A stretch of 64,000 nt of DNA from assembly GCA_050273025.1 (NCBI GenBank), contig CP158635.1, forward strand, positions 10,106,001 to 10,170,000, written 5' to 3'. Of the stretch, positions 22,894 to 35,085 are shown piece by piece. Source of the DNA: Cenococcum geophilum (lineage: Eukaryota). The translations under genes were made by a program, and so were the position numbers. The notes under the pieces are model-generated. The model was not told the DNA's origin. It saw only the letters and a list, made by a program, of their open reading frames with translations, and did not search any database. Numbering within the stretch: position 1 is the first letter of the stretch; each line of letters begins with the position of its first letter.

Positions 22894-25800
22894 TATTATT
22901 CACACGCTTGCGGAGAAGAGGATTAATTAATCTGATTGGTGGGTACGGGCTCAAAGGCATCAATTAAGAATGGGTATATTCGCAAGGCCATTTGCAGGGG
23001 ATTGCCCTGCCTTGACTAAACGTGATGCCTATGGACCCGTGCGCAAGCATATCACTACAGTATCTATTTACAAAGCCCAAAATATACAACCAAAGAAAAA
23101 GGTGTAGGTAGGAGGGAAAGCAAGCAAGCAAGGCTTAATTTTATAAATGTTAATAATATTAGTATTACTAAGATATAGGGGTGCTGCTGTAGTGCTTGCT
23201 TAGCTATATAGATATATCCATTTATTATTTACACACTTGCGGAAAAGAGGATTAATTAATTTAATTGGTGGGTATAGGCTTAAAGGCATTAATTAAAAAT
23301 GGGTATATTCGCAAGGCTATTTATAGGGGATTACCCTACCTTAACTAAACGTGATACCTATAGACCTAGAAGCGTAGCGCCCGTACTATATAAGGTAGAG
23401 AAGGGGGAAGAAAAATAAAAAATAAAAAAGGGGGGGAAAGGAGAGATTTAAGTTAATATATTAGAGTGCCAAAATAGGCACTCCTGTACGCTATTGTGCC
23501 TAAATACCTTCGCCTATTATATCTAGAGCGAGTAATAATAAGAACGGTATTAGCGTTCTATATTAGAAGTTTATACTTAGCCAGAATAGGTCTTTTAGGA
23601 ATAATAAATAGTAAAGCTAGAACGCTTATAAGGACCACCAGCCTAGTTACTATATTTAGCCGTCCGTAAAACCGTTGTCTTAAGTATATTAAGTAGTACC
23701 TTTCTAAAACAAGTGTCCGTTATAAAGCTTAGAGTAAAAGCCGAGAGCGGCGACTTTATACTTTAGCTTATTCCTAACCGCGTAGCTTATAAAGGCCGAT
23801 CTCTTAAAGTAAAAGAGAGGGGCGTTTCTGGATTAGGGGTTATTTTTAAATAGGTATTTTATAGCTTAAACTACGCATTTAGGTTGCCCTAAAGCGGCAA
23901 TTATAATTAAAACTCCTTAGTAATTAACGTCCGTTTTACTACGCTTTAGACGTAATATTATATAGTCCTCTACTAGCGTTATATTATTTCTAGTACATTT
24001 TATAGTAGAGAAGGCGTGGCTATCTTTCTAAGCCTTAGTATAGGTAATCTTACCTAAATAAAGGAATCCCACAAAGGCTGTAGTAACGGCGGCGTTAAAG
24101 TTAAGATCCTTAACGGATTAGGCATTTAGGGTGACTAATTAGGTAAGAATGTCTTTAGTAATTAGCAATCTTTTAGCCATAGTAGAGGGATTTATAGATA
24201 TTGCACTATTTAAAATCCTCTTAATAATAGGATTATTAAAGACAGAGGTATTATAATTAGCGTTAATATAGTGGGATCAAATTGCGGAGACATAGGCTCT
24301 AACTATAGTAGGCTTAATACGGCTTATTCCTGGACTAGTATTACTAAAGATCTGTTAGGTAATCCATTCTCCCAAGTAGTAGAGGGGCGCTAGGTACTTT
24401 ACCACTCTATAAAGGTCGCAGTAGCCCTCCTAACTCTTAATTACGGGACGGTATAAATCTCTTATTCTATTGGAGAGGTGTAAGAGTATATATATTAGGT
24501 CCCGCCGCGCTTGCGACAAGTTCGCAAGCACTCTCAGTCTTTTTGGCCGTATGGCGACGTGGAGGCGGGCCACGTTACAATTGTGCTTGCGAACTTACTG
24601 GGGCCAGGTGTCGTGGGTTCAATCCCCATCGGTTACTTCGCTCTGGTACAGTCTAACGCGCATCCGTGCGATGAGGCGTTGGTGGAGATTCCGATCGCTT
24701 ATGTTACTGGGGACTAACTAATATGGTGATACTCTTGGCGTTTGATCCCTGTGGAGGCCCGAACGGGCGCACAGAGGAATCCCTGCGAGCGCTCGGGGAC
24801 GAGCGCGTAGAGGAGAGGGCAATTGTAAGAGTATATATATTAGGTCCCGCCGCGCTTGCGACAAGTTCGCAAGCACTCTCAGTCTTTTTAGCCGTATGGC
24901 GACGTGGAGGCGGGCCACGTTACAAGAGGCTGTGCTATAATAGTTGGCCGAAGCATTCTAAGGGGGCTTTTACCTTAATCCAGAAATTAGGTAGGGGGTC
25001 TTTAAGAGGGACCAGGTCTCCTATTTCAGCGTTAGATTAAATATAATAAAGAAGCGTATAGTAATGGTAAATTAGAAGTATCCTAATGCGGGTATAGTAA
25101 TAACACCCTATCGCAATTAAAATAAGATAGAGTATTAGCTAGCCCATTTTCTGTAAAGGAAACCTACTCCGCATAGAGCGTAATATCGTAAGCTGCGGCT
25201 AGTTAGAGGATCTTATAGAGCGGGTAATTACCCAGTCCTTTTACCACCATATTCTAGAATCCTAAGAGTGCTACTATATTATCCGTATAAATATAAACTG
25301 AGCTATACTCCTACCGCGTTGCCTAGAGCTAAAATAAGGTTGTAATCGCTTAGACCTCCTACTTATTAATTAGGGTAAGGCGGTATTCTACATTAAGGTA
25401 GCAGCTTAAAGAATTATCTTAGGGTAGAGATACCGAATAGGGCGGCTATATTATCCCTTAAGAATCCTTAAGGAAGAAGAAGGCCCCGTAACTAAGAATC
25501 CTAGATATATTTAAAAAGAGATAGAATTATTTTTAATCTATATTATTAAAGAAGAGGATACTATTTAAAAGGGTAAGAGTATCCCTTTACTATAATAAGT
25601 CTTAGCAAAGTTTAGCTATTAGCCGTTAGCAAAGATAACTACTTACCTTTATAAAAGTAGAGATAAACTCCTAAATAGAGCGGTTATATAAATGCCTAAG
25701 CCTAATTACTTAGGCGCTCTAAGCGAGTCTACTAGCTAGTTTTTAACTCTAAACTAGCGTTAGGGATCTACTACTTAACGCTTTATTAATCTCCTTAATT

Positions 25801-28080
25801 ATAGTGGCCTATTTTAAAGGAGAAAGACATAGCTTAAACTTTAGAGTATCTATAATATAACCTAGAACTTTAGCCGTAGTACCTTTAATATTCTTTAATT
25901 CGTTTTATAGGATACCTAATTTATTACTTAATTAGTTATATATATTAAGCAATTAAGGGAGGATAGAAGCGTTAAAGAGTATAAAAATAAAGTTATCTAG
26001 ATAGTGCTCTAAGGCGGCGTTTGGGATATATTAAATAAATATCCAGTAGAATCTCTCCGCAAAAAGATTAAATAAAAAGGGTGTAGTTTAAAGGCTAAAT
26101 AAAAGGCAACGTTTAAAATATACTATACCCTTCTAGGAGAACTTTATAAGGCGTTAAGCTTTAATAGAAAATAGAATATTCTAAAAGGCGTCCTTAATGT
26201 CCCTTTTAATAATTATATAACTATAGCCTGTATATATAATATATTAGAGAACCTAATTAACTGTTAAATATTATAGTGTAGCAAATGCTATAGGGATTAA
26301 GTTGTTAATAAATCGGCTAGATAGTAAGAATAAGTTATAAATATGGTGCTATCCCCTATCCGCTTTAGGTATTAAACCTAGCGGTAAGGATATAATAGGA
26401 GACGTTGCTATTATAATCCTACCTATATCTAGATTGGCGCTAATTTTCTCTAAAATTAGGACTATATTTATAGCTGTTAAGGCTTAGTTCTTCTAGAAGA
26501 GGAGCTTAATTTCTAAGTCTACCCTAATCTGGCATCTAAACTTTAAGATACCAATAATATTATATTAGAGGTTACTAGGGTATAGGGATAGATAACGCCC
26601 CCACGCTTAAATAATTAAGGGGGAGGGAGAGTCCTATAGAGGAGAGGAGGGCAGAAAAACTAAAAATAATAGTATAGTATTCGGCCTACCTATACTATAA
26701 GGGTAGAGCACAGTTTTGGTGGAGTATAGGTATAGCTTAATAAAATCCTCTTCCTCCTCTTCTTTTCCTTATTAATACTTTCCTTTAGTAATTACTACTT
26801 ATAATTCCTTGCAGTATATAGGCTACCGTACTTACTATAGGTATATAGGAACTTGTAATCCTTACCTAGGTTACACTTCCCTCTATTAAAGCTATAACAG
26901 GTCCTTAAGATATTAGTACTTATTTACGCGCGTTTTAAGATAAATATAGATTTATAAATACTAAGATTGTAATAGATATCTAGGAAGTTACTAGAGATCT
27001 TCTAGTTAGCTAGCTCTAACTAGTTCTTTTAAATAACTATAGAGTAATACTCTAAGGCTATAGTTATTAAGAGAGTAATTTAGTAGGTAATAGATAGCCA
27101 GATAACTTAATTATAGAAGGTAAGTATTTAGGGAATAAGATCTACCAAAAGATTCTTATATATAATAATCAAAATTATTATATAGTTAAGGAAGCCCTCT
27201 ACCCACACTTTAACGGACGGGTAGTCCTTTATTATCCCTTCTTTTGGTCTTATAAAAAGGACGCTGTTAATAATAAGGATATTATTTTAAGGCTTAGACT
27301 AGAGCTGGTATATCTAGAGGCGAGAGAGGTTATTAGGCAAGAAAGTACCCTAAAATACCTTAAGTATCTCTTTATTTGGGACGCTAGGGAGGAGGGTATT
27401 TAGGATATTAGCTATAGATGGGAGCAACTTACCTAGTTTATTAATTAGGGTTAAGAATAATACTGCTATAGCTAATCTCGCTGTTACTATAGCAAGGCTT
27501 AATATATAGAGTTTAGTCGCCTAATCTTTCTATTCTTTTTAGACGCGTAGCATTTTAGTACAGTCCTCCTATTCCTAAAGAAGTCTTATTTTCTGGTTGG
27601 TTGCCTAGTCCTTAACCTTCTTTACCTAAGCTTTTCTAATCCTTAGGTCCTCCTTATGTAGTTATTAGAGCCGTTCTTTAGCTTTTTTAGCGGCTAAAGT
27701 CTCGCGTTAAGCTGTAGAGAGAGGCGCCATTATAAAAAATAGAGACTATAACGCTGGCGTATCGCCTAAAGGTATAGGGGAAGGTAAAGGAGACTGGTAG
27801 GTAACCTTTAAGGAGTTTAGCTTGTCAAGTATATCGTTATTAGTTGAGTTTTTAAGGTTTTTATAAACGATTTGTAAAGGTTTAGATGAGCGTATAGGTT
27901 ATTAAGTTATTAACAGCAACAATTAATTATTAGAAATTAAGTAAATAAGGCATTAGCTCTTAAATAAGACTAATATAGAAAGTAAGCAAGCAAGGCTCAA
28001 TTATATAAATGTTAATAATGTTAGTGTTACTAAGATGTAGGGGTGCTGCTGCAGTGCTCGCTTAGCTATATAGACATATC
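22894..28080 (-). mobile_element. RIP-inactivated Ngaro/DIRS-class tyrosine-recombinase retrotransposon
   Basis: Split direct repeats A1 (27978-28080) - body - B1 (23222-23365) - A2 (23118-23218) - B2 (22894-23036). Minus-strand relics: gag Zn finger CYSFNRGKC..(~26830-26900); RT KRDIKDAF (~26180-26207), PFLFNLFAE and EHYLDNF (YLDD, ~25990-26010); YR NAAVTTAFVGFL.LGKIT (~24045-24100) and LRLKRSKTD (~23930-23955). TpA-rich with many stops. Confidence 0.88.
24479..24924 (+). mobile_element. TRIM / miniature non-autonomous LTR retroelement (446 bp)
   Basis: 101-bp LTRs TG...CA at 24479-24579 and 24824-24924 differing by one G>A; perfect 5-bp TSD AGAGG; polypurine tract AGAGGAGAGGG just before the 3' LTR; no coding capacity. 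Confidence 0.93.
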
Positions 28081-30317
28081 TAATTAATTGCTAAAGGCTA
28101 AATAGGGCCTAGTTCAGGGGTTCTATAGGGGGGTCCCTCCCCCTTATACAAATAGTCCAGATCCTTATCAATTTAATCGTCATACAAGTTCTAACATTAA
28201 TATACATATACCTCCCTAAAATAGACCTAGATTCTTCTACTTTAGGTTTAAAAATTGCCTGAATTTAAGCTTATAGCCAGTTCTGTAAAATATAAATCAC
28301 ATTAATACCTTAACTCGTCGCGAGCTATCGGTATTTAAGTAAAATACTAGACGCGGGCGTGGGTGTCAGGTGACGAAGTCACCTCGCTTATATATATTGT
28401 TCCGCACAGCCGTGCCTGGCATCTTACCAGTCACTCGCTTACCTTTTACAGGTTTGTGCTGTGGCTGAGTGGTGCGAAGCTTGTCACCTTAGTGGGCGCT
28501 GGCTATACCTGCCGAGGCAGTTTGCAGGCGTTAAGTAGAGATAGCAGCACCTAAATTAGCTCGCGTAGTACCTTTTAGGTTTACATGTAATTTAATTAAT
28601 TAGTTTAGAAGTAGGTAAGTGGTATTATAGGTAGTATGAATAGTGGTGACTTTCCAAACTGAACGGGAATAATCTAAGCTTGTTTGGGTAGGGGTGTATG
28701 CGTATGATTATCATCGACCAAAAAATGCGTCCACGCGAAGCGAACACCGGAACTAGACGATACTATATGCGGTTGATTCGGCTAGGGTATCGAGTTAGTG
28801 GACAAGTAAAAGGCAACTTTCGAGGACGTTTTCAGTATTCTTTGTAAGAGGCATTGCTCTGGAACTCCATAGGCACCAATAAGCGGGTGGGTTTGTTTAG
28901 CGTAATTGATACAATAATATAAGTATATCAAAGTATCAGCCATACCGATGCTCCTTGTAGCCTTCCGAATTCACAGGAAATTATCTGGTCACTGAATTGT
29001 TCCGCAGGATATTCGGGGTTATTTTAGTTGATTGCTGTGGACTCCTAGTCTAACGGCTTGATCTAAGGCTGATTTTCCTGTTTAGTCTAATGTCCCATAT
29101 CCTTGATTGAAGGGCGCGAATAAAGACATGAAAAACGTTACTGTCTTGGTGACATAAAGGCTCTGCAGGCCTAATCTACACTTGTTTTGAAGAATTGCTT
29201 TTAATACGCTAAATACGCTAAACTTGAACCTGAATGACGTAGTTCTTTGAAGCTAGGGAGAAGTAGAAAGGGGTCATATATAGAAAATTAATAGAAGAAC
29301 TGCTGCTCAAAACATTGGTCAGGCTGTCCAAAATGTATTCAATAGCCTACTCGGCACATAGACTGGTCGATTTGCAAATTGGCTAAGCCCAGGAAGGGCG
29401 AGCTAGATACGGGGCCGAAATAATCCACCTTGTGGGTAGTTAGTAGTAATTAAACGACAATTGTTTTAGGTTAAATAAAACTAGAGCCGCGCAAATCTAG
29501 GGGCAGTTATGTGGTGGGTCCGATGGGTCCGTTGGAAGTGCTTATAGCCCAATCTTAAGTGCGTGTTACATGAAAATGGCTGAACAGACCGCGGCTCGGG
29601 CCCAAAAGCTAACGATACGGTCGTTTCTTGGGGATAAAACATTTGAGTACTGTGTCTTGGATATTCAGGGCCCTCGAATACTTGCTGGCTGACCTAGTGG
29701 GGTCAATTTCTCCATTGCTGTCCGAGATTCTCGCTCACAAATACCAGGTCTCGGGATATTGCAGGTAATATTGTAATATCTACGACCTTAGGGAAGTAAT
29801 TTCGTATCGGGTTCGCTAGGGGGGTCTAGTATTGATGTGGTATACGATGAGTTTGGGGGAGCATGAATCCTACCTCTGGAGCAATGTTGGATTGTCGTTA
29901 GGACGTGATGAGGATTCTCTACCGCTTAGCGTAATAAGTCTGGCGTTGGCTAAGCGATGCGGATTTTTTCAAGAGGGTTTGCGAGACTGTAGTGAGAGAA
30001 CCCTGAACTCTTTTACTGGAACAGGAAAGCTGAACGCTTTGAATATGCGCTCAGCTCTCGCAAAGCGTATGCTAAGAGACTTTTATGAAAATAGAGAGAA
30101 AGGGAATTCAGGGGGACAAGGACCCGGGATTGGTTCGAGTGATTAGATATAATCTTCATGGGAATCAATGTTTTGCAATTAGAAGCCATAGAAAAGGGCT
30201 TTGAAAGGGAAAGAAGGCAATGATGCCACACGTACACCTTCATGCCAATAACCCCTATTTAGACCGGAAGTATATATTGTCGGAATCTTAACAACCTCAA
30301 TTATTTCGTTCTCTTCC

Positions 30318-31089
30318 TTAAACTCTGGTCTCCCCCGTTCCACCCTCCTTGTCCCCCGGCCTCTCATCCCTACTGCTCGCCCCCCCTCTCCTCTCCCAAT
30401 CCAGCCAACTCCCTCTATACTCCCCCACCTTCTCATACCCACCTTGCCGCGCCAACTGCGCCGCCGCGGCGCTGCGTACGCCCGACTTGCAATAAAACAC
30501 GACCTCTTTACTCGCCGGCGGTTTAGTGAAGCCGAAGCGGTCCTCGAACTCGTCTGACGGCAGGAAGAGGGCTTTAGGCTGCGAGGAGATAGGGATATTG
30601 ATAGCCGAGGGGATAAAACCCGCCGCATACTCAGCGGGTTCGCGGACGTCTAAGAAAACACACCCGTCAGCACCCCAGCTCTTATAAAGGGCCGGGCCAC
30701 AGAGGGGGCCACACGCAGGAGGGGGGACAGTGAGAGGAGGACGGATGCGGTCAATGGGAACCAGAGCGCACGCAGACATACCAACAAGCACGACCCCCTC
30801 ATCCGGACTCTCCACGATCTTCTTCACCTGCATCCAGCACCGTTAACCCCTCCCCCCCACACCAACACCGCACACTCACATCGTCAAACTCATACACCTT
30901 CGACTTCGGCACCCCGGCCGAATGGCACCGCACCTGCCGCCCCTGCTGCAGCACCCACCTATACCCCACCGCCGCAGCGCGGGGCGCAGGAGCACCGATG
31001 GCTCTCCACGGCGCCGGTATACAGGCGCGCGCAATTGAGGAGGTGGGGGCGCGGAGGGGAAGAACCAGGAGGGCGCGTCTGGATGCCAT
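30318..31089 (-). CDS. Single-domain rhodanese / thiosulfate sulfurtransferase, probably mitochondrial (RDL2-like), 3 exons
   Basis: Arg-rich presequence MASRRALL..; DVREP.EY..G.IP.AINIP; active-site loop FYCKSGVRS; EYRGSWLDW. Confidence 0.9.
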
Positions 31090-31873
31090 TGCCTCGTTTT
31101 CCGAGTCTTCAGGGTGAGGGATGTAGTAGTAATTGTTGGGGAAGCGGAGCTAGGAGCTGTGGAGGTGAGGTTGCGGAGGTAGTTTCGGGAGGTGACAAAA
31201 TCGAAATCGCTCCGATGGTTGCCCACGTCACAGCCTCGCGATTTCACGTGATGGGTGTGGGTGGGGGGCTGAATGTATCGCGGAAGAAATTTGTGTACGA
31301 TGCGGTGGAATGGGCAGGTTACGCAGGTCACGTATATCACGCAAGTCACAGATATAGTGGTTGTAATGGGCAATTTGTTGTTCGGTCTATTGTGCCTCTG
31401 CAGCGCTACGAGAGAGATTATGAGCCGCCTCATCTCCATCCATTGCACAGTCCGAGGGTAATATCTTCAACTCGTGGAGGGTCGTGACGAGGCTGATCGC
31501 GAAAGAGAAGGGAGAGGAGAGGAGTTAATCGTAAGAGAGTCGTGCGAGTATCGGGAAGCTGGACCAGGACCATACCAAACACACAGCAAGCCCACAAACA
31601 TCAAATATAAACGCCAGAGAAACAGAATAAACAAGGCCAAACCAAATAAACAAGTCAAGCAAATTGGTATATTTCTTTTTGCGCCAGGGGATATCATCTC
31701 TCTTGAACGCCCTCGTTTCACAAAAGTGAAGCAGCACTAAAACGGGGAATCACGTAGTTACGTACAGGGTTTGTCCGACAAAGCTTTTATGTTCGCCAGA
31801 GGGTATATTTCTTTTATCATGGGTGGGACCGGAGATGGGTATTCGTTGTCATGATTGAAAATGGAGGAAATCT

Positions 31874-34800
31874 TTAACGAGGAGGCCCAATAGGGGCCGG
31901 GTATCCAGATGCAGAATGAGATGTGCTGGGACGTCCGCTATCAACGGAAGCCCGCGGATCGTACCTGGGAGTAACATCGCCAGGCGCCGCAGAAGTATTT
32001 GAGCCAAAGGGAAATTTGTTCTCGAACCGAGGGGCCGGCAAGGGCCAGCCATTGCTGTGGTGCTCATCGTCAGGCAGGTTGATGCCACTATCGTTCCAAG
32101 GGTTGCGATACCCGCTGCCTTGGGATTCGAGACTAGCAAGCGACGCTTTAGATGCGTTGCTTGAAGCATGTTTAAACAATGAGCTTGGCGAGTTGGATCC
32201 GTTCTTACGGCGTTCGAGTATAGAAGTGAAGGATGACATGCTGCCGGGTTTACGAAGTCTGTCTAAGAAGCCAGACCGTTCGGCCGGGTCATCACCAAAA
32301 TGTGAACGAGTCGGAGAATCCGTGGTATCAACCGGCGGTTCCGCTCTCTGAAGCAATTTGGAATCAAAAAATGGAAGGGACTCTTCGAAGGAGTCCGACT
32401 TCGGGCGCGGAATAGCGCCTCTGATGGTATTAGCATCCAGACCATGCATTACCAATTTGTTTACGAGAAAGTCGATAGCATCCTTCAGCCCACCAGCATT
32501 GTTGCGAGTGAAGCTCAGAACAAGGCCTTCGATCTGGTGGTCTGAACCATCAGGCGACTCCTGGTGTGGCTGCTTTAGATGCACTTCGACAACGTATTGG
32601 TCCTTCATTTTCTCAAGGACATCATTCTGGAACTCCGAGGATCTCATATATTCTCTCAGCTCAGAGGAAGCAGGGAAAGCGATCTCGTGGCTTTCTGGTA
32701 CCATACCCTAGGATAAACGTTAGTGTGCGCTGGGAACTGAATCAGCGGCGATCATTACCAAGAATTCGTCAACCGCCAACGGAACCTGATACTCAGGACC
32801 GGAGACGGTGACGATATCACTAGCCTGCTCCGTGCTAGGGAAGGTTATCTTGCAGTTGAACTTTTTCTCAAGCTCATCGATTTTATCCATGCGAGCAATA
32901 AGCTCACGATGGTAGAGCCGATTGATTGGAACATGTTCAGAGACAAACTCAGCGTCAGCCTTCTCAACCATGTCCATAATCTCTTGCTTGACCAAATCTA
33001 AGTTTTGGGCATTGCGGGCAGGAGTACGACAAATGACATTGTCGACCTTTATATCATCTTCTTCCTTGCCTAGCCCACCACGATCCATCGCGTTTGAGAA
33101 CTTGACGAAAACGGAGTACTTCTTCATGATCCGCTGGATGTGTTGGCCACCGATGCCAATAATACGCTTATGGTATTGGTCAGGAACGTGGAAGGAGATG
33201 GCAGCGGGCATTTCCTGCTCAACAAGATCCAATCCGCTTTTAGTCGCATCGTATTGAGCCCCACGGACGACAATGTAAAAATTGTATTCGTTAAACCCGT
33301 CGAAAACAATCTGGACGCTGCTGTGGCTCATGATCTTGTTAATCTTTCCATTCTTCTTACCACTAACAAATTCTTTATGCTCGTTTGCAAGCTCAATCTT
33401 GACACTCATATTGTACTGTGACTTCTTGACGAACGGGATGTTGTTGATCACCATCATGGCCGCTTTCACAGCGTCATCAGATCCATAAATATGGAAGTTG
33501 AGCTTCTCGAAGCTGATTTCTGCACCAGAGTTGATGCAAATATCCGACAACATTGCTCTAACATCGCTTGGAGTTGGTGGCCGTTGAGATGGATCGGGAT
33601 GAGTGATGAACCAAGATGCGCTATAGAACTGGCCAGCCTGGACGAGATTAGTGGGGATTTTAGAACGCGTTGATCATGCCTAACTTACGAGAGCCATCAA
33701 TTCTCGCACGGTCCTTTCGACATTCAAGACGTCAGTGCCTTGGACTCGAACCAGACCGCGCTGCATCCCAAGCGGTGGGAGAAGAATGTAAGAGCCGTTA
33801 TTTTCGATGATCTTACGAACCTTGTCGAGTCGCTCAAGCAGGATGCTGTCAAGCTTAGTATCAGTCACAACAACAGGTTTTACAAAGACTTTGGTGCTCA
33901 TGACGAGATCATGAAGCTTTTGCTTGGCATGCAAAATATCTTCCGGAGTCTTTCCGGTGATGAACACTTGGTCTTCTGGTCTCCTGATGGCGCCTGGAGG
34001 GCAGTAGCCGTATAATCGAGGAAATGGCGGTGGGAAATAAATGGCGGTGCCAGTCGCCGACTCTATTAACTTGATATTCTTTCGTGCTCGTCCACATATC
34101 AAAGTATGCATTGTCAATTCAAGTTTCATGGTATCAACATGCCGATGGAGCTATGATGAAATATTAGGATACCATATCAAACCGTTAGGGTGCACGCAAC
34201 GCTTACAATCTGGTCTATCATGATCAATATTCTAGTCTTTGCGTGCTCCATACTTTCCATATCTCCGTATATCGTACACCTTAATCGTGAATCTAGACTT
34301 GTTTCTAAATTGCCGTTGAAACTCGCGGATTCGATGTCTGGCTGCTTTGGTATAAGCACGAAGATGTCTGCTTTTGTGGTCTTCGAGATGAGGTCTAGTT
34401 GATTAAGGACTGGAGATTTGAGACACGAAGAAGCTGTGTCGAAGATGAGATTTGAGTCAATATCCACCGATGAGGATCTCTTAAAATTTTCATCGTCGTT
34501 AGCATGATCTCTCGTTTGCTAGAGTGTATGGATGGGGTAACCTACCAGTGAAATTGGGGTTTCATTCAATATCTTGGCTCGCATTTGGTTAACAATCTCC
34601 AACTCTCCAGAAAGACAAACGTTGGTGACAAGTGCTCTTAACGGTCCCCGTTGTAAGCCGGGCAGCGGCTTTGGCTCCGACGAGACCACGACAGCCTGTA
34701 TACGCCCATCGCTACTCTCACTCATCTCCCTGCATAGATTCCGTAGGTTCTCGACGTTCTGGGCATGCACGGGAAGCTTGTGGTTTGGAATGCCTTCTGC

Positions 34801-35085
34801 CGTGCCTTCCGGATGGGTCCATCGTGCTTTTGCCCCAGGGCTGGCGTACATTATATCGTCGACATCAGGGCCAGCGAGGTTGGAGGAGAAAGGGACATTG
34901 AAGGACAGGTTGACCTGGGTGCCCGGCGGGATAGCTGGGGGAACAGCAGAGGCACCAGAAGGGCGCTTGATGGGGGTTGTTACTGGCAAATCGTTGTGTG
35001 ATCGGGACATGCCAAAGCCTATCGAGGGCGTCATTTTCTCCCATCCATGGCGGGCAGAACCTGTGAAGTTTGATATTTTGTGCAT
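31874..35085 (-). CDS. Multi-KH-domain RNA-binding protein (fungal Mug60/Bicaudal-C-like), about 5 exons
   Basis: KH GxxG-type motifs HTLICGRARKNIK, HKEFVSGKKNGKINKI and YHKRIIGIGGQHIQRI across ORFs 34519-35085, 34177-34467, 33680-34129, 32720-33553 and 31874-32704. Confidence 0.88.

Larger units (their letters stand above)
22866..28719. mobile_element. DNA transposon remnant (outer element of the nest) with 8-bp TSD
   Basis: TIR GGTCGATGATAATCATAC at 22866 and its reverse complement ending at 28719. Perfect TSD AAAAAATG at 22858-22865 and 28720-28727. Confidence 0.8.

Noticed and set aside
24543..24637. Functional tRNA gene
   Set aside because: Good T-arm but no convincing anticodon arm, an oversized D-loop, and it straddles an LTR boundary; kept only as a tRNA-like finding.
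24580..24823. Hammerhead, HDV or hairpin ribozyme (retrozyme)
   Set aside because: No CUGANGA/GAAA core or complete HDV pseudoknot found by eye on either strand; needs covariance-model search.
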